Shown: positions 24,486-37,306 of the stretch, in pieces | Layout: every line of letters begins with the position of its first letter | Numbering within the stretch: the first letter of the stretch is position 1 | Assembly (NCBI GenBank): GCA_046563655.1 | Contig: CM102285.1 | Coordinates: 13,764,001 to 13,828,000 of the forward strand | DNA: 64,000 bases | From: Yuukianura sp. NJ FZ-2021 | Lineage: Eukaryota | Direction: 5' to 3' | Notes under the pieces: generated by a model | The model's input: the letters and a program-made list of their open reading frames with translations, nothing else | The model's database searches: none | Told to the model about the DNA's origin: nothing | Translations under genes and position numbers: made by a program

Positions 24486-25405
24486 TTAAGGTTCTCGGAT
24501 TGGTCCAGACAATGGGTTGTACTGTTGATCTGTCGGGTAGTGGACAGACGTTGGTCGTCCAACCTGTTCGTACTGCAGGTTGACCTGTGGTCTGGCCCCT
24601 GGTATGTTTGCACCATCCTGAGCCTGGACATCATACACTGTGTCTGGTTTCTTAAGCAGAATGTTAATATTTGTGGATCCTCCCTTGGAAGCCTTAAGGG
24701 CCGCTCGGATGAGCTCTTCCACTCGGTAGTTGGGTACAACAATGTCCAACTGCTGAGCCTCTCCACCGGATCCACGGAGCCACAGAATATGTTCAGAACT
24801 GAGGGTAATGTCTTTGGGATTGACCCCTGCGCAGTTGTATTTCAACACTCCTGGAGATACTTCCTGGTACTGGCAGTTTACCGACAGAGGACTCCCTCCT
24901 CCTGGACGGTATGGACCTGGGGGTGACGTGCGCTGGAAGTCGTCAAATCCAAAACCCTGCGGACGGGCGGACGACAGAGCAGCCATTGCTACGCTAAGCC
25001 CCACGATCTATGAATTTTGTAGTTAATTTTTGAATCGTTTCGAAATTTTGTGGTTCCTGGGCAAGGTTGTTATAACACCCATTTACGCAACAGGTTATGC
25101 CATAACTCACGTTTTTTTTCCAACAAAGAATTACAAAAAAAAAACTTTTGCACGAATTTTGAACGCATCCCATTTGCTTTAACATGGCATGAGTTCAACA
25201 AATTGCAGGAAAAATTCAAAACAAACATTTTTTTTAAAAAAAAACAGGAGTTATGGCATAACCTGAACAACAAATAAAATTTCGATTTAAACAACCTTGC
25301 TTCCTAGGCGTCTATTTGAAAGTTTGTGGTGTTTACTTTAACATAAGCAATGCTAATTTACATTACTACAATGCTAAATTGGTAACTTACCGTGATAAGA
25401 TTCAT
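24486..25405 (-). CDS. Secreted protein, divergent Tweedle/DUF243-like cuticular protein; exons 25405-25391 and 25007-24486
   Basis: A 5-codon first exon (MNLIT) plus IVGLSVAMAALSSA-RPQ forms a signal peptide. Blocks EHILWL, QLDIVVP, STNINILLKKPD and RPQVNLQY follow in Tweedle order. Confidence 0.6.
25061..25300. mobile_element. Small degenerate inverted-repeat element (MITE-like) in an intron
   Basis: Ends GCAAGGTTGTT/AACAACCTTGC with an inner perfect inverted repeat CAGGTTATGCCATAACTC/GAGTTATGGCATAACCTG. The TSD is only imperfect (ttcctgg/ttcctag). Confidence 0.6.
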
Positions 25406-27249
25406 GCTGAGTTTGCTAAAGTGGTCCACTGAAAGGAAGAGTCAAGATGAGAGTAATGTCTTCCAAGGGCTCCGTGTCTCCTTTTTAAACAAAATTGTGG
25501 GAAGGGTTCTCCCATCGTCGAATTTCCAAATCTTCATTTGCAGAAGATTCAGTTTGCAAAAAATTGGGAAAGAACATTGATACTTTACGATTTGTAAATT
25601 TTGGAATCTGTGTTATTATTACACTAGGCCCGTCCCATTAAGCGTCAAATCCACGAAAGGGCTTTCAAGTAAGAATTGAATTCGTCGGATTGAAAAGCCT
25701 GTTTTAAATTTGTTACTCTTCAGGCTTCAAAATTAGAAACCTTCTTAAGTTTAACGTTTCAAATTTTAACTAAAAGCCAATTAAGATGTATCGACACTTT
25801 TTTGCATTGACTGAGCGCAGGAACAACAAAGTGCAATTTCTATTTCAGTTTTCAGTGATTTTAGCTCTACAATTTTTCAGTGTTGACAACACTGAAATTT
25901 TGGGCTCTCTTTATACTTGCCCCACCAAGAACTTGTCCCACCAAATCCATCCAACAGGTCTCGTCATTACTGACAACGAGCTTTTTTCGCATTAAAACAC
26001 ACTCCATGCTTCATATTAAAAAAAATTCATTTTGTGACAAAATTTTATGAAAAAGCATTTCTCAAAATTAATTTTTGTGCCGTTGACTATTTCGTCGTAT
26101 TTTGACTCTGGAAAAACTATCATTTGTCAGTTCCGGGTTCGCCTTGTGGGCATAAAGTAACTTCACTAGCTACATTTAAAAATGTTTCAAAATTTTTTTT
26201 CGAATGTGACAATTTTTAAAACATGAAAGATGTAAGTCTTCAGAATTTCAGCTTACTAAAGTTAAGTTTTATGTTCCATCCATCCTCTGAAGAAAGAAAT
26301 TAGGACTTAATTAGGAATATCTGCAACTCAAATTCTGCAAATCATCATAACATTAACATAAACACATAAGCATAAGAACACAACTCTTGAGATGCAACTC
26401 GGTAAAGCAAAGTGTTCACACTTGAATTCTTCACTCATCAGTTGATTTTTTAGTACATTAGGTATAATGTAAGAAAGTTGTGCAAAGTAGTACGAAATAA
26501 TGCAATTCTTTCAAAGTCGAATTTAATCCTCCGCATCCGTAAGGAGCGCAATTATGTAAATTGGTTGGATTTTGGTTATTCTCAAGAACAACAATACTTG
26601 AAAGCTTATTTTCAAAAAAGGACACAACTCAGGTTTCGAAGTGGTGTTATTAATTGCTCAGAGGGAAGTTACTAAAATGTTAACTTTTGAATCAAACTTG
26701 TTTCCTTGTTTCTTCATTTAACTTGAGGCGTGACATATCATGGTCGTCTTTATAATTTTCATTTTAGAGAAGATCATTTTGATGATTCCAACAAAAGATT
26801 AATTTAGTGATGCAATGGGAGGTGCAAAAATGACGCGTTTTTACTTCATCTTCATCTTTTTTTGGGCATAAATCTAAAAAATTTGACAACGACCTGGTGA
26901 CCTGATGCATATTCTTTTGTCAAAAAGTTACTTCCACACGATGCAAGGTTGCGCAAGATGAATTGCTTTATTTGTTAAATTTGAATTTCTGGGAATGAAA
27001 AAAGCTGAGTGATTATGATTTGTATAAAATTTATGAATATTTTAATCAAATTCATTTTATTTCTGTAACCATGGGTAGGAAATAATTTATTCGAAATGTT
27101 GACAAACACTTTGCTTTTGGTGTAAAACGCTTAGCTTATTTGTCGTTTTCATAAAAAAAACAGCAAAACAAGTCAAAAACAACGACAACGAAATCTGCGA
27201 CATTCGCATTCGACAAAACTGAAACAATCCAAGCGTCCATTAAACCAAA

Positions 27250-30200
27250 ATGGCCAGCCGAGGAAAGCCACCAGCAGCTAAAAACCCACCACCAGCGAAA
27301 AACCCACCAGCTAGAGCCTCAACGCAGAACAAAAATGTACCGAAGAAATCCGTACCGAAACCGGCACCTCCAAAACCGGTTCCTCCGCCCGAACCGACAC
27401 CTCCGGTCGAACCACCTCCAGAGCCTGCACCTATCGAAGAACCTCCACCAGACCATGAAGCTCGCCGAAAAAGTTCAAACCAATTTGGAAACTTAGTTCC
27501 ATACACCGGATCTGATCACTGGGACGAAGACTTGATTCCAGAATGGCTTTGCCATCAAGTCCACAATGAAATGATCACGCCTCCTTCAAGTTCTGAAGAA
27601 TCTTATGACAGCAGAGACTCCAAGGGGCGTATCGTCCGGAAACGACGCAAGAAAATCCGACAAGTGGAGGAAACCGAAGAAGAAGAAACGGAAGACGAAG
27701 ATGAAATTGAAATGAAGTATCGAACTCCATCACTTCCGGATATTCCATTAGAAGGCTGGCTTAGCAAAAACAAACTTCGAAGTAAAGCATAAGCTAATCA
27801 TATTCATAACATAAATTGCATTTTCTTGACCTTTGACCTTTGACCTTTCATCCTTCCAGATCTGACTCTTCAACAAATTCAAAACGCCATAAACTTAATC
27901 AACGACGAAATTGAATTGATCCAAACCGAAAACTTGGTTTTCGATCGTACTGTTAAGAAAATGGAAAAACGTGAAATTGAAATTGAAGCTGCTCTGCCGC
28001 CTTTCACTTATAAATTTCCGTGGGAAATTGAAGGAGCCATTAAAGGAATTGAAATTAAGACGCTTGTTCCGGATGCAACTTGTGGAGAATTGTCTGACGA
28101 TGAACCGGATCCACCGGATGGAATTTACAAGCCATACAGTCCCCTAGAAGATCCGGATATTGATAGAGAAGCGATTGCGCAGATGCTGGCAGGGGAAGAT
28201 GCTGGAGTGAGTGGCGGAGATGAAAGATTGAGTGTTAGTGGGGGAGGAGGTCATGCGGTGTCAGTGGCCCAGTTTCTGCAAGGATTTGGTGAAATTCCGC
28301 CAGGGAACTTTGATGTGATCAAGCACAAGTATGGCGATTTGGTCCGGTTTGCGTCGTATGACCTTGAAGAAGGTCTTCCACTTCCGGATGACCCCCATGT
28401 CATTGCTCTTCTCGAATCCACTGGCAAGGTACAAATTTTTTTTGGAAAGACTCCACACATATATTTTTGAGAATTTTTTCCAAAACTCTCTGTGAATTAT
28501 TAGTTATGGGGTGTTGATCGTCGGATTTGTGTCCGTGTCCGTGACATGTTAAAGAAGACTATTCATACGACGTTGTCTATCTGTCGTTTGTCTGCTTGTC
28601 CGTCTGTCTGTCCGTTTGTCTGCTTGTCCGGCCTGTCTGCCTGTCTGTTTGTATGTCTGTATCTCTATCCGTCTGTTTGTTTGTCCGTTGGTCAGCATGT
28701 TTGCCTGTCTGTCCGTCTATGTCCGGGTGTCTGCCATTTCTTTCTGTCTGTCCGTTTGTCTGCCTGTCTGTCTGTCCGAACTTTTAATTTTTGTGGTTTT
28801 TTAAAAGATGCTGCAGCCTACTGTTAAAACTACTGGAAAAACTGGATCTCTCATTCCTGGGTCAGCTGAAGATGAAGACGAGGAAGAAGAAGATGAAGAC
28901 GAACATGAAGCTCATGAAGAGGAGGCTACTGCTGGTGGCAACGGTGGCTACGGTGGAGCCAGGCAGAGTTTGGATTTGGGTGATTTTGAAATTCCACTGG
29001 ATTTTGAAGAAGATCCAGAATTTCCTGGATTCAATCCACATGATGCCAAGAGGTCAGAGGTCATTTTTGTTTTGTCAATCTAATAATACATAACTTTCAT
29101 TTCTCAAAACTGGCTTGAACTGAAAACTTTTTTTTAAAACTTTGTTTAAAATTCTTTTGTAGACTTCCAATTGGTGAAAAAATCAAGTATGCTCAAATTG
29201 AAGAGGAGAGTATTCGTGAAGAATTTTTGAAAACAGAAACAGAGGGAATTCAACAGGAAAATTCAATTCAAGTTTACGTCGACACTTACTCCGATTCCTA
29301 CGATCTTTCAATGAAAATGATGGAAGCTTTCAAGGCAGTTGTAGCCGATGGACTTCATCACTTGACCGGCAAAATGCGGGCAGAAAAAATTCTGCGGTAA
29401 GGAGAACAATTTCCCAAAATTTTTCAAAAATTTCAAAATTTTAACAAAAATTTTCATGTTTTAGGTTCCGAGACAAGCTAAAGAAGCGATTTTTAGAAGA
29501 AGAAGCAAAAGTGAAGATCAAACTGACAGAAAACATGAAAACAAAGCGTCGAGTTGACAAGCAATTGAAAATGGCCCAAGACATTGGCGGCACAATTCAA
29601 ATGATCGATTATGAAAACTTGCGTGTTCAAAATTTTGAATTTCAAGCCAGTATTGAAGATCATGTCCAGGATTTGAAAAAACTGAAATTCATTACAGCAG
29701 AATGGTTTGAAAAATTGGAACGCAACAAGGACAAACTGAACGTTTTGATTTCAAAACGCAAAAATTTGGAATCGGACATCACTGTGCGCGGGAATTTGAA
29801 ATCGTCTTTGTACGCAACCGTTGATAACGCCATCGTCACTGCTGAAACTGTCAACAATCATTGTAGTTTTCTTCGAAAGCGTCTTCTAGCTTTCAGCGTA
29901 TGTTAAAAAACTCAAAATCTTTTTCAAAAACTCTCTGTTTCAAAAATTCAAAATTTTGAATTTAGGCTCCAAGCACTTTGGACTACATCAATCAAAAATC
30001 TTCTGAAAGTCGTCTGAAAGAAGAAGTCGAGCTGTTGAAAAACAAAGTTGAAATTATGTCAAAACATTTAGGAAAAGCTCGAAAGTCGTTCAACCGTATC
30101 CTGAAGCTTGTACCGGACAAAGGTGACATGAAACATGCAACTGCCAATTGGTTAGAAGAGGTCAAGCGAGAGGTCAAAGAACAAGGACTGATGTCGTCAT

Positions 30201-30493
30201 GGTCAAAACTGAAAGTGGACGTGTCACAGGCAGATATGGTGCAGGATCGACCGAAGGACTCTTTGGCAGTTTACATTGATGAGAGCGCAGCTCAATCTCA
30301 GCCGTTGCTCGACCCAAGTCGAAGACGTACTGCCAAAAGTATCCAGTATTTTACTGAATCCAACCAATCAGCGATTTACCTTGGTGGAATGAGCCAATCT
30401 GCTACGGAATTGTACAAAGTCGGAAAAGAAAAGAAACGACTCAGCATGTTGCGGCATAAGGAACAGGAAAAACATGACCAAATGTTGAAATAA
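27250..30493 (+). CDS. CCDC113 (CFAP263)-like ciliary coiled-coil protein (DUF4201), multi-exon
   Basis: AQDIGGTIQMIDYENLRVQN resembles the DUF4201 hallmark (L.LIDFEQLKIEN). Also LIQTENLVFDR, RLPIGEKIKYA, GKMRAEKILR and APSTLDYINQK, in CCDC113 order. Confidence 0.75.
28575..28780. repeat. Degenerate (CTGT/CCGT)n tetranucleotide microsatellite in an intron
   Basis: About 50 imperfect tgtc/cgtc/tgcc units. Confidence 0.9.
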
Positions 30494-32037
30494 TTTTTGA
30501 AAAACACTCAAACACATTCCAAAAACAAAAAAAAAAGAATTAAAAGTCATTTTTTGAAACATTACGGTAATAGTACCTGAAAACTCTTAAACCTTTGGAA
30601 TTGGTGATAATTTGAAAAAAGTCTCAGATCTTGCAAAAATTGAAAATTGGAAAATTAAGCTTTGAACTTTCACCGACCGAACTTTCACCTCATATTTGCA
30701 TGCATTGCGCGCACATAACTTGCGAAATTTCGAAATTTTATTATTTCAAACCAAGTTTTCTTTTGAATGGCGTTTATAGTTTTAGTGTAAGTCGAGAGTC
30801 AATGAGTATGGGGGGAGAAGAGTAGTGAAATAAAAGTAAAAATAAAAGCAGGTTACCATCTGCACAAGTTCCGAATTCGGTGAAGTGAGAAGAACAAAAG
30901 AAGAAAAGAATAAATCAAAGTTCGGATCAATTCAATTCATTCTGGGACCCCTCCAAGGGCCCACTCTATTCAAAGGGTCCCTGCATTTTGGAAAAGCCAG
31001 AAGCCACGTTCGGAACATAACATAACCTGCTAAGGGGTCCAGAAGTCCTGGAGCTCCGTTTTGTTCCAAGGCGACAGTCACAAAATGATCCCCCAAAAGT
31101 GAACCAAAAATGTTGTGATCAAATCTAACCAGGTCCCCCTGTTCTGTTCAATGTTCGAAAAAGATTAGGATCAACGATGCTTTTACTTTAAACGATCATG
31201 CTCATCCATCATAATCAAAAGTAGAGCACAAAACTTGCAAATCGAAGTTTTCCCCAAAAATCTGCTGTTTAGTCGAAACTGGGCTACATTTTGAACTTTC
31301 GAGTTTTACCAACCACAATTTCATGAAATGAAAACTAAATTTTAGGCAACTTTGAAGATTTTACTTTCTTTGGTAGTAGTCCGACTTTACTAATTTTTTG
31401 AAATTTTCGAAAAACTTTCTCCAAAGCTTTCTTCCTAGAACTTGTGATTTTTATTTGAAGAAACGCATAGAGTAAAAGTGGGCATGGACCCCTCTTCCAG
31501 AAAAGTGACGCTTTAAATGCAAAATTGAACATGTTAATCCAACCCCAAAATCCGGGGTTTTCGGGTGAATGGAAGGAACTCATTTGCCCAATTTTTCGGT
31601 TTTCTCGGTTAAATCCTCATCCTTTTCAAATGAAAATGCAAACAAGAAGGCATTTTCCTCCCTTTCTGTCTGTTTTCCTCTTCCATTGTTACAATTTTTG
31701 TCTAAATTCTAATTTTCCATGCTCAGTTAACCCAATTTTACACGTTTATTCACAGAGTTCAACGACTAGAAGAGTGTCACAAAATTTCAAAAATATCACA
31801 AAACAAAAACATCAATTCAAATTTCAAAACTAATTATCATCCAAAATATAAAAATGTTCACACCCCTTATAATTTGTTGCAAGACATGTCATGTGACTTA
31901 GTTTCGAAAAAATATTATGTAAAAATTTTGAAAAATCTGAAATTGTATAAATTCTAAAAATTTCTACAATTGCGTAATTATTACGTTAAATGTGTTGTGA
32001 CATTGTTAAGTAGCTTTAATTAATTAGTGTACTTCAA

Positions 32038-33126
32038 TTAGTAGTAGTAATCACCCTGATCATAGCCACTGCTCATGTAATTGTAATTGTTATAACAAGT
32101 CGACGCACCCACGGCGTACGTCGGCATATTAGGCTGCACCAGTTGGTTATGAACATGACCGTGGCCAAACGCGTGCCGCCGTGGTTCAATCGCCGCCGCC
32201 GCCGTTTTGGTGTCGATGTTTTTAGTACAGCTATTGTTGTTATTATTTGTGTTAATTGAGACATAATCAGGAGTTGCTGAATGAAACTCGTGCTGTGGCG
32301 AGTAATCTCCCCCCATAATCTCAAGGATTCCAGAAGGATGAGGGTGGTGGTGACCCATGACCTGGAGTGTGCCTGTTGTTGTGGTTTCTGGAGGCGGTGG
32401 TGGTGGTGTGGCTGGTCGCGTGGCAACAGTTTCTACAAATTCACCCTCACGGTTTAGCAGAATCCGCACATTTCCAACAGTCACAACATAAGTGTCATCA
32501 ATTAATTCAATTTCACAGTCATCTGCTCCACAACATTCAGTATCTTCTAGAGTAATCTTTGTTCCGGGTTGCTCCAGTTGAGCAGCGCGATTTTTTGAAT
32601 CTGCATCATTATGTCGCAGCGATTTGATGAAATCTACAGCTTGACTTAACGCCCAAATGTAATTGTGTGCGAATCTTAGTGTTTCAATTTTGGTCAATCG
32701 CTGATCCTGTGGCATTGACGGAAGAACTAAACGCAGACGCTCCAGCGCTTCGTTAAGCATGTGCATCCGATGTCGCTCGCGGTCGTTGGCCTTTTGTCGT
32801 CGATGTCGCTTCAGTTTCAAAATGGCTGTTGGACTTTTCTTCCTTGTGCGTCTTTGATTCGGTTTTGTCGTAGTTGGCTGCACTGGCGGAGGCGATGGAC
32901 TGCCTAAAGCGATTCCAGCGCATGCGCTGTTGGCACTTAAAATTGAAGATGGAGACAATGCTGATAGAGTGCTGAGATCGCTGGCACTGCTGACGCTTTC
33001 TGTTGAGTAACTGTTGTAACTGTACTGGTCACTTGACCTCTGCGACCTTTGTGAATTTCTGTTGCTCAGAGTCAGCAATTCACTGGAATTGTACAGTTGC
33101 GTGTTGCTTACAGTGCAGTATTCCAT
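32038..33126 (-). CDS. tap: Neurogenin-family bHLH transcription factor (target of Poxn / biparous), intronless
   Basis: [59 protein letters not shown], preceded by the SPT motif. Confidence 0.93.
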   Translation of the reverse strand: MEYCTVSNTQLYNSSELLTLSNRNSQRSQRSSDQYSYNSYSTESVSSASDLSTLSALSPSSILSANSACAGIALGSPSPPPVQPTTTKPNQRRTRKKSPTAILKLKRHRRQKANDRERHRMHMLNEALERLRLVLPSMPQDQRLTKIETLRFAHNYIWALSQAVDFIKSLRHNDADSKNRAAQLEQPGTKITLEDTECCGADDCEIELIDDTYVVTVGNVRILLNREGEFVETVATRPATPPPPPPETTTTGTLQVMGHHHPHPSGILEIMGGDYSPQHEFHSATPDYVSINTNNNNNSCTKNIDTKTAAAAIEPRRHAFGHGHVHNQLVQPNMPTYAVGASTCYNNYNYMSSGYDQGDYYY

Positions 33127-35684
33127 TTTTCACAAAAATTTGAACAAAATTTTGATTTTTTTTTACTTTCAGTTTTGCGTCGTATGGTTTTTGAAGGAAA
33201 TACGACACTGAAATCGGTTTTAACGGAACAGTTGTATGGCTGACAGGAATCGGTTTGAAGATCGACGAAGCAATTCGCGAAACAGAGAAAATCTTTGCTT
33301 TGGAAAGTATTTTTGCGGCCAAAACAAGTTTTGCGACCGAATTTGGACAAAGCTGACACTGAAGTGAAAGTTTGTACAGGTCCCTTGAACTTGTTAAGTC
33401 TGCCAATGCTTCTGGACTACCCGAACTGGTAGCGGTAGCCCCTTTTCGGTAATCCGTTTTTGTGGAAGGTGATGAAGTGGAGGAGAGGGAGGGGGGCCCT
33501 TTTGCATTAACTTAGGGCCACTCTTTTCATCTGCTATTTTATTTTTTGCAGAGATGGTTAAGGGAGGGGCCCTTGATGTCCCTACGGCACGAGACAAGGC
33601 AACAGATAGGGAAAGTACCCCTCTCTAGTGCCCACGTGTCCAACCCTGGGGAGTCCCTTAAGTGGCCTTTTCTATTTCAAAATTTCAGAAACACGATTTC
33701 TGTGTCTTTTCAGAAGAAAAGCTTCTGTAGTTACCCGCTAACTTTTAATTGCACGCCCTCCTATTCTAATTCTAACTAAACCTAGCCGCAGTTACTTATT
33801 TGCTAAGAAATGAATTTATTTGCAACGAGAACTTTTTTTTGGAAAATAATACCAAATTTTTCCACAATTTTCATTTCATTCATTTTGAAATTTTTAATCA
33901 CCAACATAATTCTACTCAAAATATCACCTTAACTTTGTATTTACCGTATTCTAGTGCTTTTGTTTTCCAAAATTCTAACCGACTTTGAAGCCAAAAATGC
34001 ACATTTCAATTTTTTTTTCTCGAGAATTGTGAAGACAGGTGACAATTTGTCACTGACAAAATTTTTTCGAAAATGCGAAATTATTATTATTGTTCTAACG
34101 CTGCTGAAACTTGTGCGAGTGCAACCCGTTCAACAACATAATCCATGGCTACGTGGAAACTGCAGACTTTTTAACTACCGGACTGGGACGGATGTTGCTA
34201 AAAATTTCAACTGGCTTTGACGCAGAAGAGCATTACTTTTATTTTATCATTTCCGAATTTTGAAAATTCTGAACATTTGAAACAGAAACCTTTATTACTT
34301 GAGGATTTGAGTTTAGACTTTCGACTGATTAAAATTGAAAGTTGAGCGACCATAATCCTGATGCTCCTATGTGCTAATCCGTGACTCTAATGTTAATGGG
34401 GATGAAAACGGAAGATGCATTGTCCTTAACAAGCATGGAAGTAATGATAGAGTGTAGCAGAGGGAGACTTCAATGGCTCTAAACGCCCCGTCAAACAACA
34501 ATGGAAATCCACTTTTGTTGAATCCGAAACCCTTCTTCCACTTTTCATCCAAGTAACGGGACTTTCCAGATCGATTGTTGCATCACGACTGTTGATTCAT
34601 CCCAATTCTGATCAACTTATGGCACATCAGACTCCGTTTTGCAGTGGATGTGGATCTATGAATTTCATTTTTGGTCCAAAGGTCACGCTGAGGGTCACTT
34701 TGAATATTTTGATTTCTATTGAAACGGAGGAACAATAAAAAATAACAGAAAGGGGTAGTCTATTGTATTATTTTGCAGGGTTGGGACAGCGGGTGAGCAG
34801 AGAGGCTTTCTAGGCACCTGTTTCAAGTGTATAAATTCAATAAAGTTTATTTTCCAGTTTCATTTTTTTTGAATTCAAGAGCCACTTTCACTTTTGTTTT
34901 TCAGACAATTTTCAAAAATATTCTGAAGAGGTCGACTGGTCAAGGGCTTCCCAGAGGACGACTTGAATTTGGAATTTCAGAGAAAGTTTTGAAAAACAAA
35001 GAGAGTTCTTAAAGGATTCCCTGAGGAATAGCCCTAACTCTGTTCGCTCGTCCAACACAATCCCATTTTGCTTCAATAAATGTTTCCATAAATCTTACTT
35101 TTCAGTGCTCTTTTAAGTTTTTTAGTTTAGCTATTGCGTAATTTAATTTTTGATTCTTAAAATTAATAATTTGTACTTAATTGGTTCACACTTTATTAAA
35201 GAGTAAGTTGAGAAGAACAATTTTCATCAAAAATAGTTTCGTACGCGTAAGATAGTAACGTATTGGCGTCACCTTTATGAGAAAAGGCGGGAAATCAAAA
35301 ATAATTCAAAAGTGGGTTTAACTAAAAGTGTCTCACGTGACTCATGCACCCTGTATGTATGGACAACGTCAACACTTTATTGAATTGACAATGTATTTAC
35401 TGATTAGTATAAATATATACAATAAGTTATGTATTATATAATTATTATGTAATTTATTACACTAAATCAGATTTCTTTAATTCTAAAATGCAGTGCTTAG
35501 TAAAATTATTGACTTTTGCTATTACTAAAATTATTATAGTTTGCCCAGCTCATAATTCGAGACAAATCAAGTGTAGGCGCAAAGGAAGTTTTAGAGCGAC
35601 CTGTCAATTTTTATTTTATTTTTTTATTCTTGTCAATCAAAAATCAACAGTTTTTGAAAAAGTGCCAAGTCCAACAGGTGTTAT

Positions 35685-35930
35685 GGTCAAGGTAAGGATT
35701 AACGACCGTCATTGTAGCCGCACAGTGTAGCCGCTCCGCCATTTTTTGTGGCTACAATGGGTGGCTACACCTGAGCGGCAACTTAAGTAGCCACTTTAAC
35801 CTAACCTAACCTAACCTAAAGTGGCAACATAAGTTGCCACACAGTGTAGTCACCTATTGTAGCCACAAAAAAATGGCGGAGCGGCTACACTGTGCGGCTA
35901 CAATGACGGTCGTTAAAGCTTACCTCAACC
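35685..35930. mobile_element. MITE, 246 bp, 8-bp TSD GGTGTTAT, central (CCTAA)4
   Basis: Left end GGTCAAGGTAAGGATTAACGACCGTCATTGTAGCCGC; reverse complement of the right end GGTTGAGGTAAGCTTTAACGACCGTCATTGTAGCCGC. TSD at 35677-35684 and 35931-35938. Confidence 0.92.
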
Positions 35931-37293
35931 GGTGTTATTGATTTGTTTCTTATTTCCTTATGAGTTAATTGTTTAAGTTAATTAATAAGGAAAAGCATGA
36001 GTTATACGAAGATAAGGCTGAAAATACTGTGAGACGGATACTTCCTCCATTCGTTACTGCTCATCACTGCAATAATATCGGTCCTTTTCCTTTCCTGGAT
36101 TCATCCATGTAAAAAAGCGCTTTCATCACTGCCGGCCGGGTGAGTTTGTTGATTGTGGTTAGCCTAATTAAGTTTTGGTTCAGTTTTCGAATCTGTCAAG
36201 ACTGCGATGTTCACTAAAGACAAAGAGGAATACAGTTAACTGTTGTTTACAATTATTCAAAAATGCTAAGAGTAATGTTTCAGCAAGGGAGAGTTCAAGA
36301 ATTAAGATTGCGGTAACAGTAACGGATTTCCTGTTGGCCAATTAGTCAGTAACTGAAAATGAACATATGAACGTAGTAGTGTGTTTAGTGGAACCTAGAC
36401 AAAGTAATGATATGTCCGATTCAACATTTATTTGCCAACATTAGCGTTAACGTCAGCAGTGGATGTGGTTGTGTGACTGTGAATGAATAATGCCCGAGGT
36501 GTGAGAATGATGAATAAAATGTTTGCTTTTTCTGCAGGGTTTCCGCTTGTATTGTCTAGTTATGATGACCTTGGATTAGACGTCATAAAACTATTGCTTT
36601 GGAATAGGAGTCAATACGATCTTCCTCGACAGAACTGATGTATAGCACCTACGACCCGGATTTATACGTGCGTGTTGTGTAAACCCACGTAATTCGACCT
36701 TCATTCCACTTCTAAAAACCGGAAGGTCTTTAGTTTATCCTCCATTTCGAAAATTCTGATATTCCGCTGGATTTGGTCTCGGTCTGTTGCATAATTAATT
36801 TTGTTCATGCGGAATTTATACCGGTTGTGATGAAGTAGTTTTGTGGAGAAATCAATTAAGTATCGAATTGTCTTCCTCCTTTTGGAAATGTGAAAGAAAG
36901 ACGAAGCGCGATACAGTTCCAGTTCCAGGCAACACGCTTGTCCATGACCATTGCCATTGCCATGCAAATATTTTGTGTGGGAAAGAAGTTGATTGGCTTC
37001 CAACTTTTACTTTTCGGGTGTATTCAAAATTTAATTTGTACAAAATTGAGTTTTTGACTTTTTGTTTCTTTTGTTTTCATTTCAGAGTATTTGCTCAAAG
37101 GAAGACTTAATTGGTGGTGTGTTGCGAATGTCACCTCTTCGGCCTTGTCAGCTAACATTTCTGTCCACTGCTGCTGCTGCTGCTGTGGATTCTGTACAGT
37201 ATTCGGCCTCCTCCATATCGTCGTCATTTTCGTCAATTGTGCCTTACTAGGAACATACACTGATCAATCAATTTTTTGTTTAAATTCGGCAAC

Positions 37294-37306
37294 ATGGTTC
37301 GACAAG
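37294..37306 (+). CDS. EFR3: Candidate alternative first coding segment of EFR3 (MVRQG) at the end of exon 37086-37306
   Basis: ATG GTT CGA CAA G|gtgagg is a phase-1 donor compatible with the phase-1 acceptor at 37940. Confidence 0.55.

Noticed and set aside
25890..25916. Minus-strand TATAAA followed by a TCAGT initiator-like motif
   Set aside because: The spacing (~22 nt) is short and the site is ~490 nt from the ATG; it cannot be assigned without TSS data.
28546..28827. Cys/Leu/Ser/Val-rich ORFs in three frames
   Set aside because: Translation of an intronic (CTGT)n microsatellite.
35699..35916. TTAA-flanked piggyBac-like interpretation of the small MITE
   Set aside because: The inverted similarity extends beyond TTAA to GGT(T/C)...CAACC ends with a perfect 8-bp TSD, so TTAA is internal.
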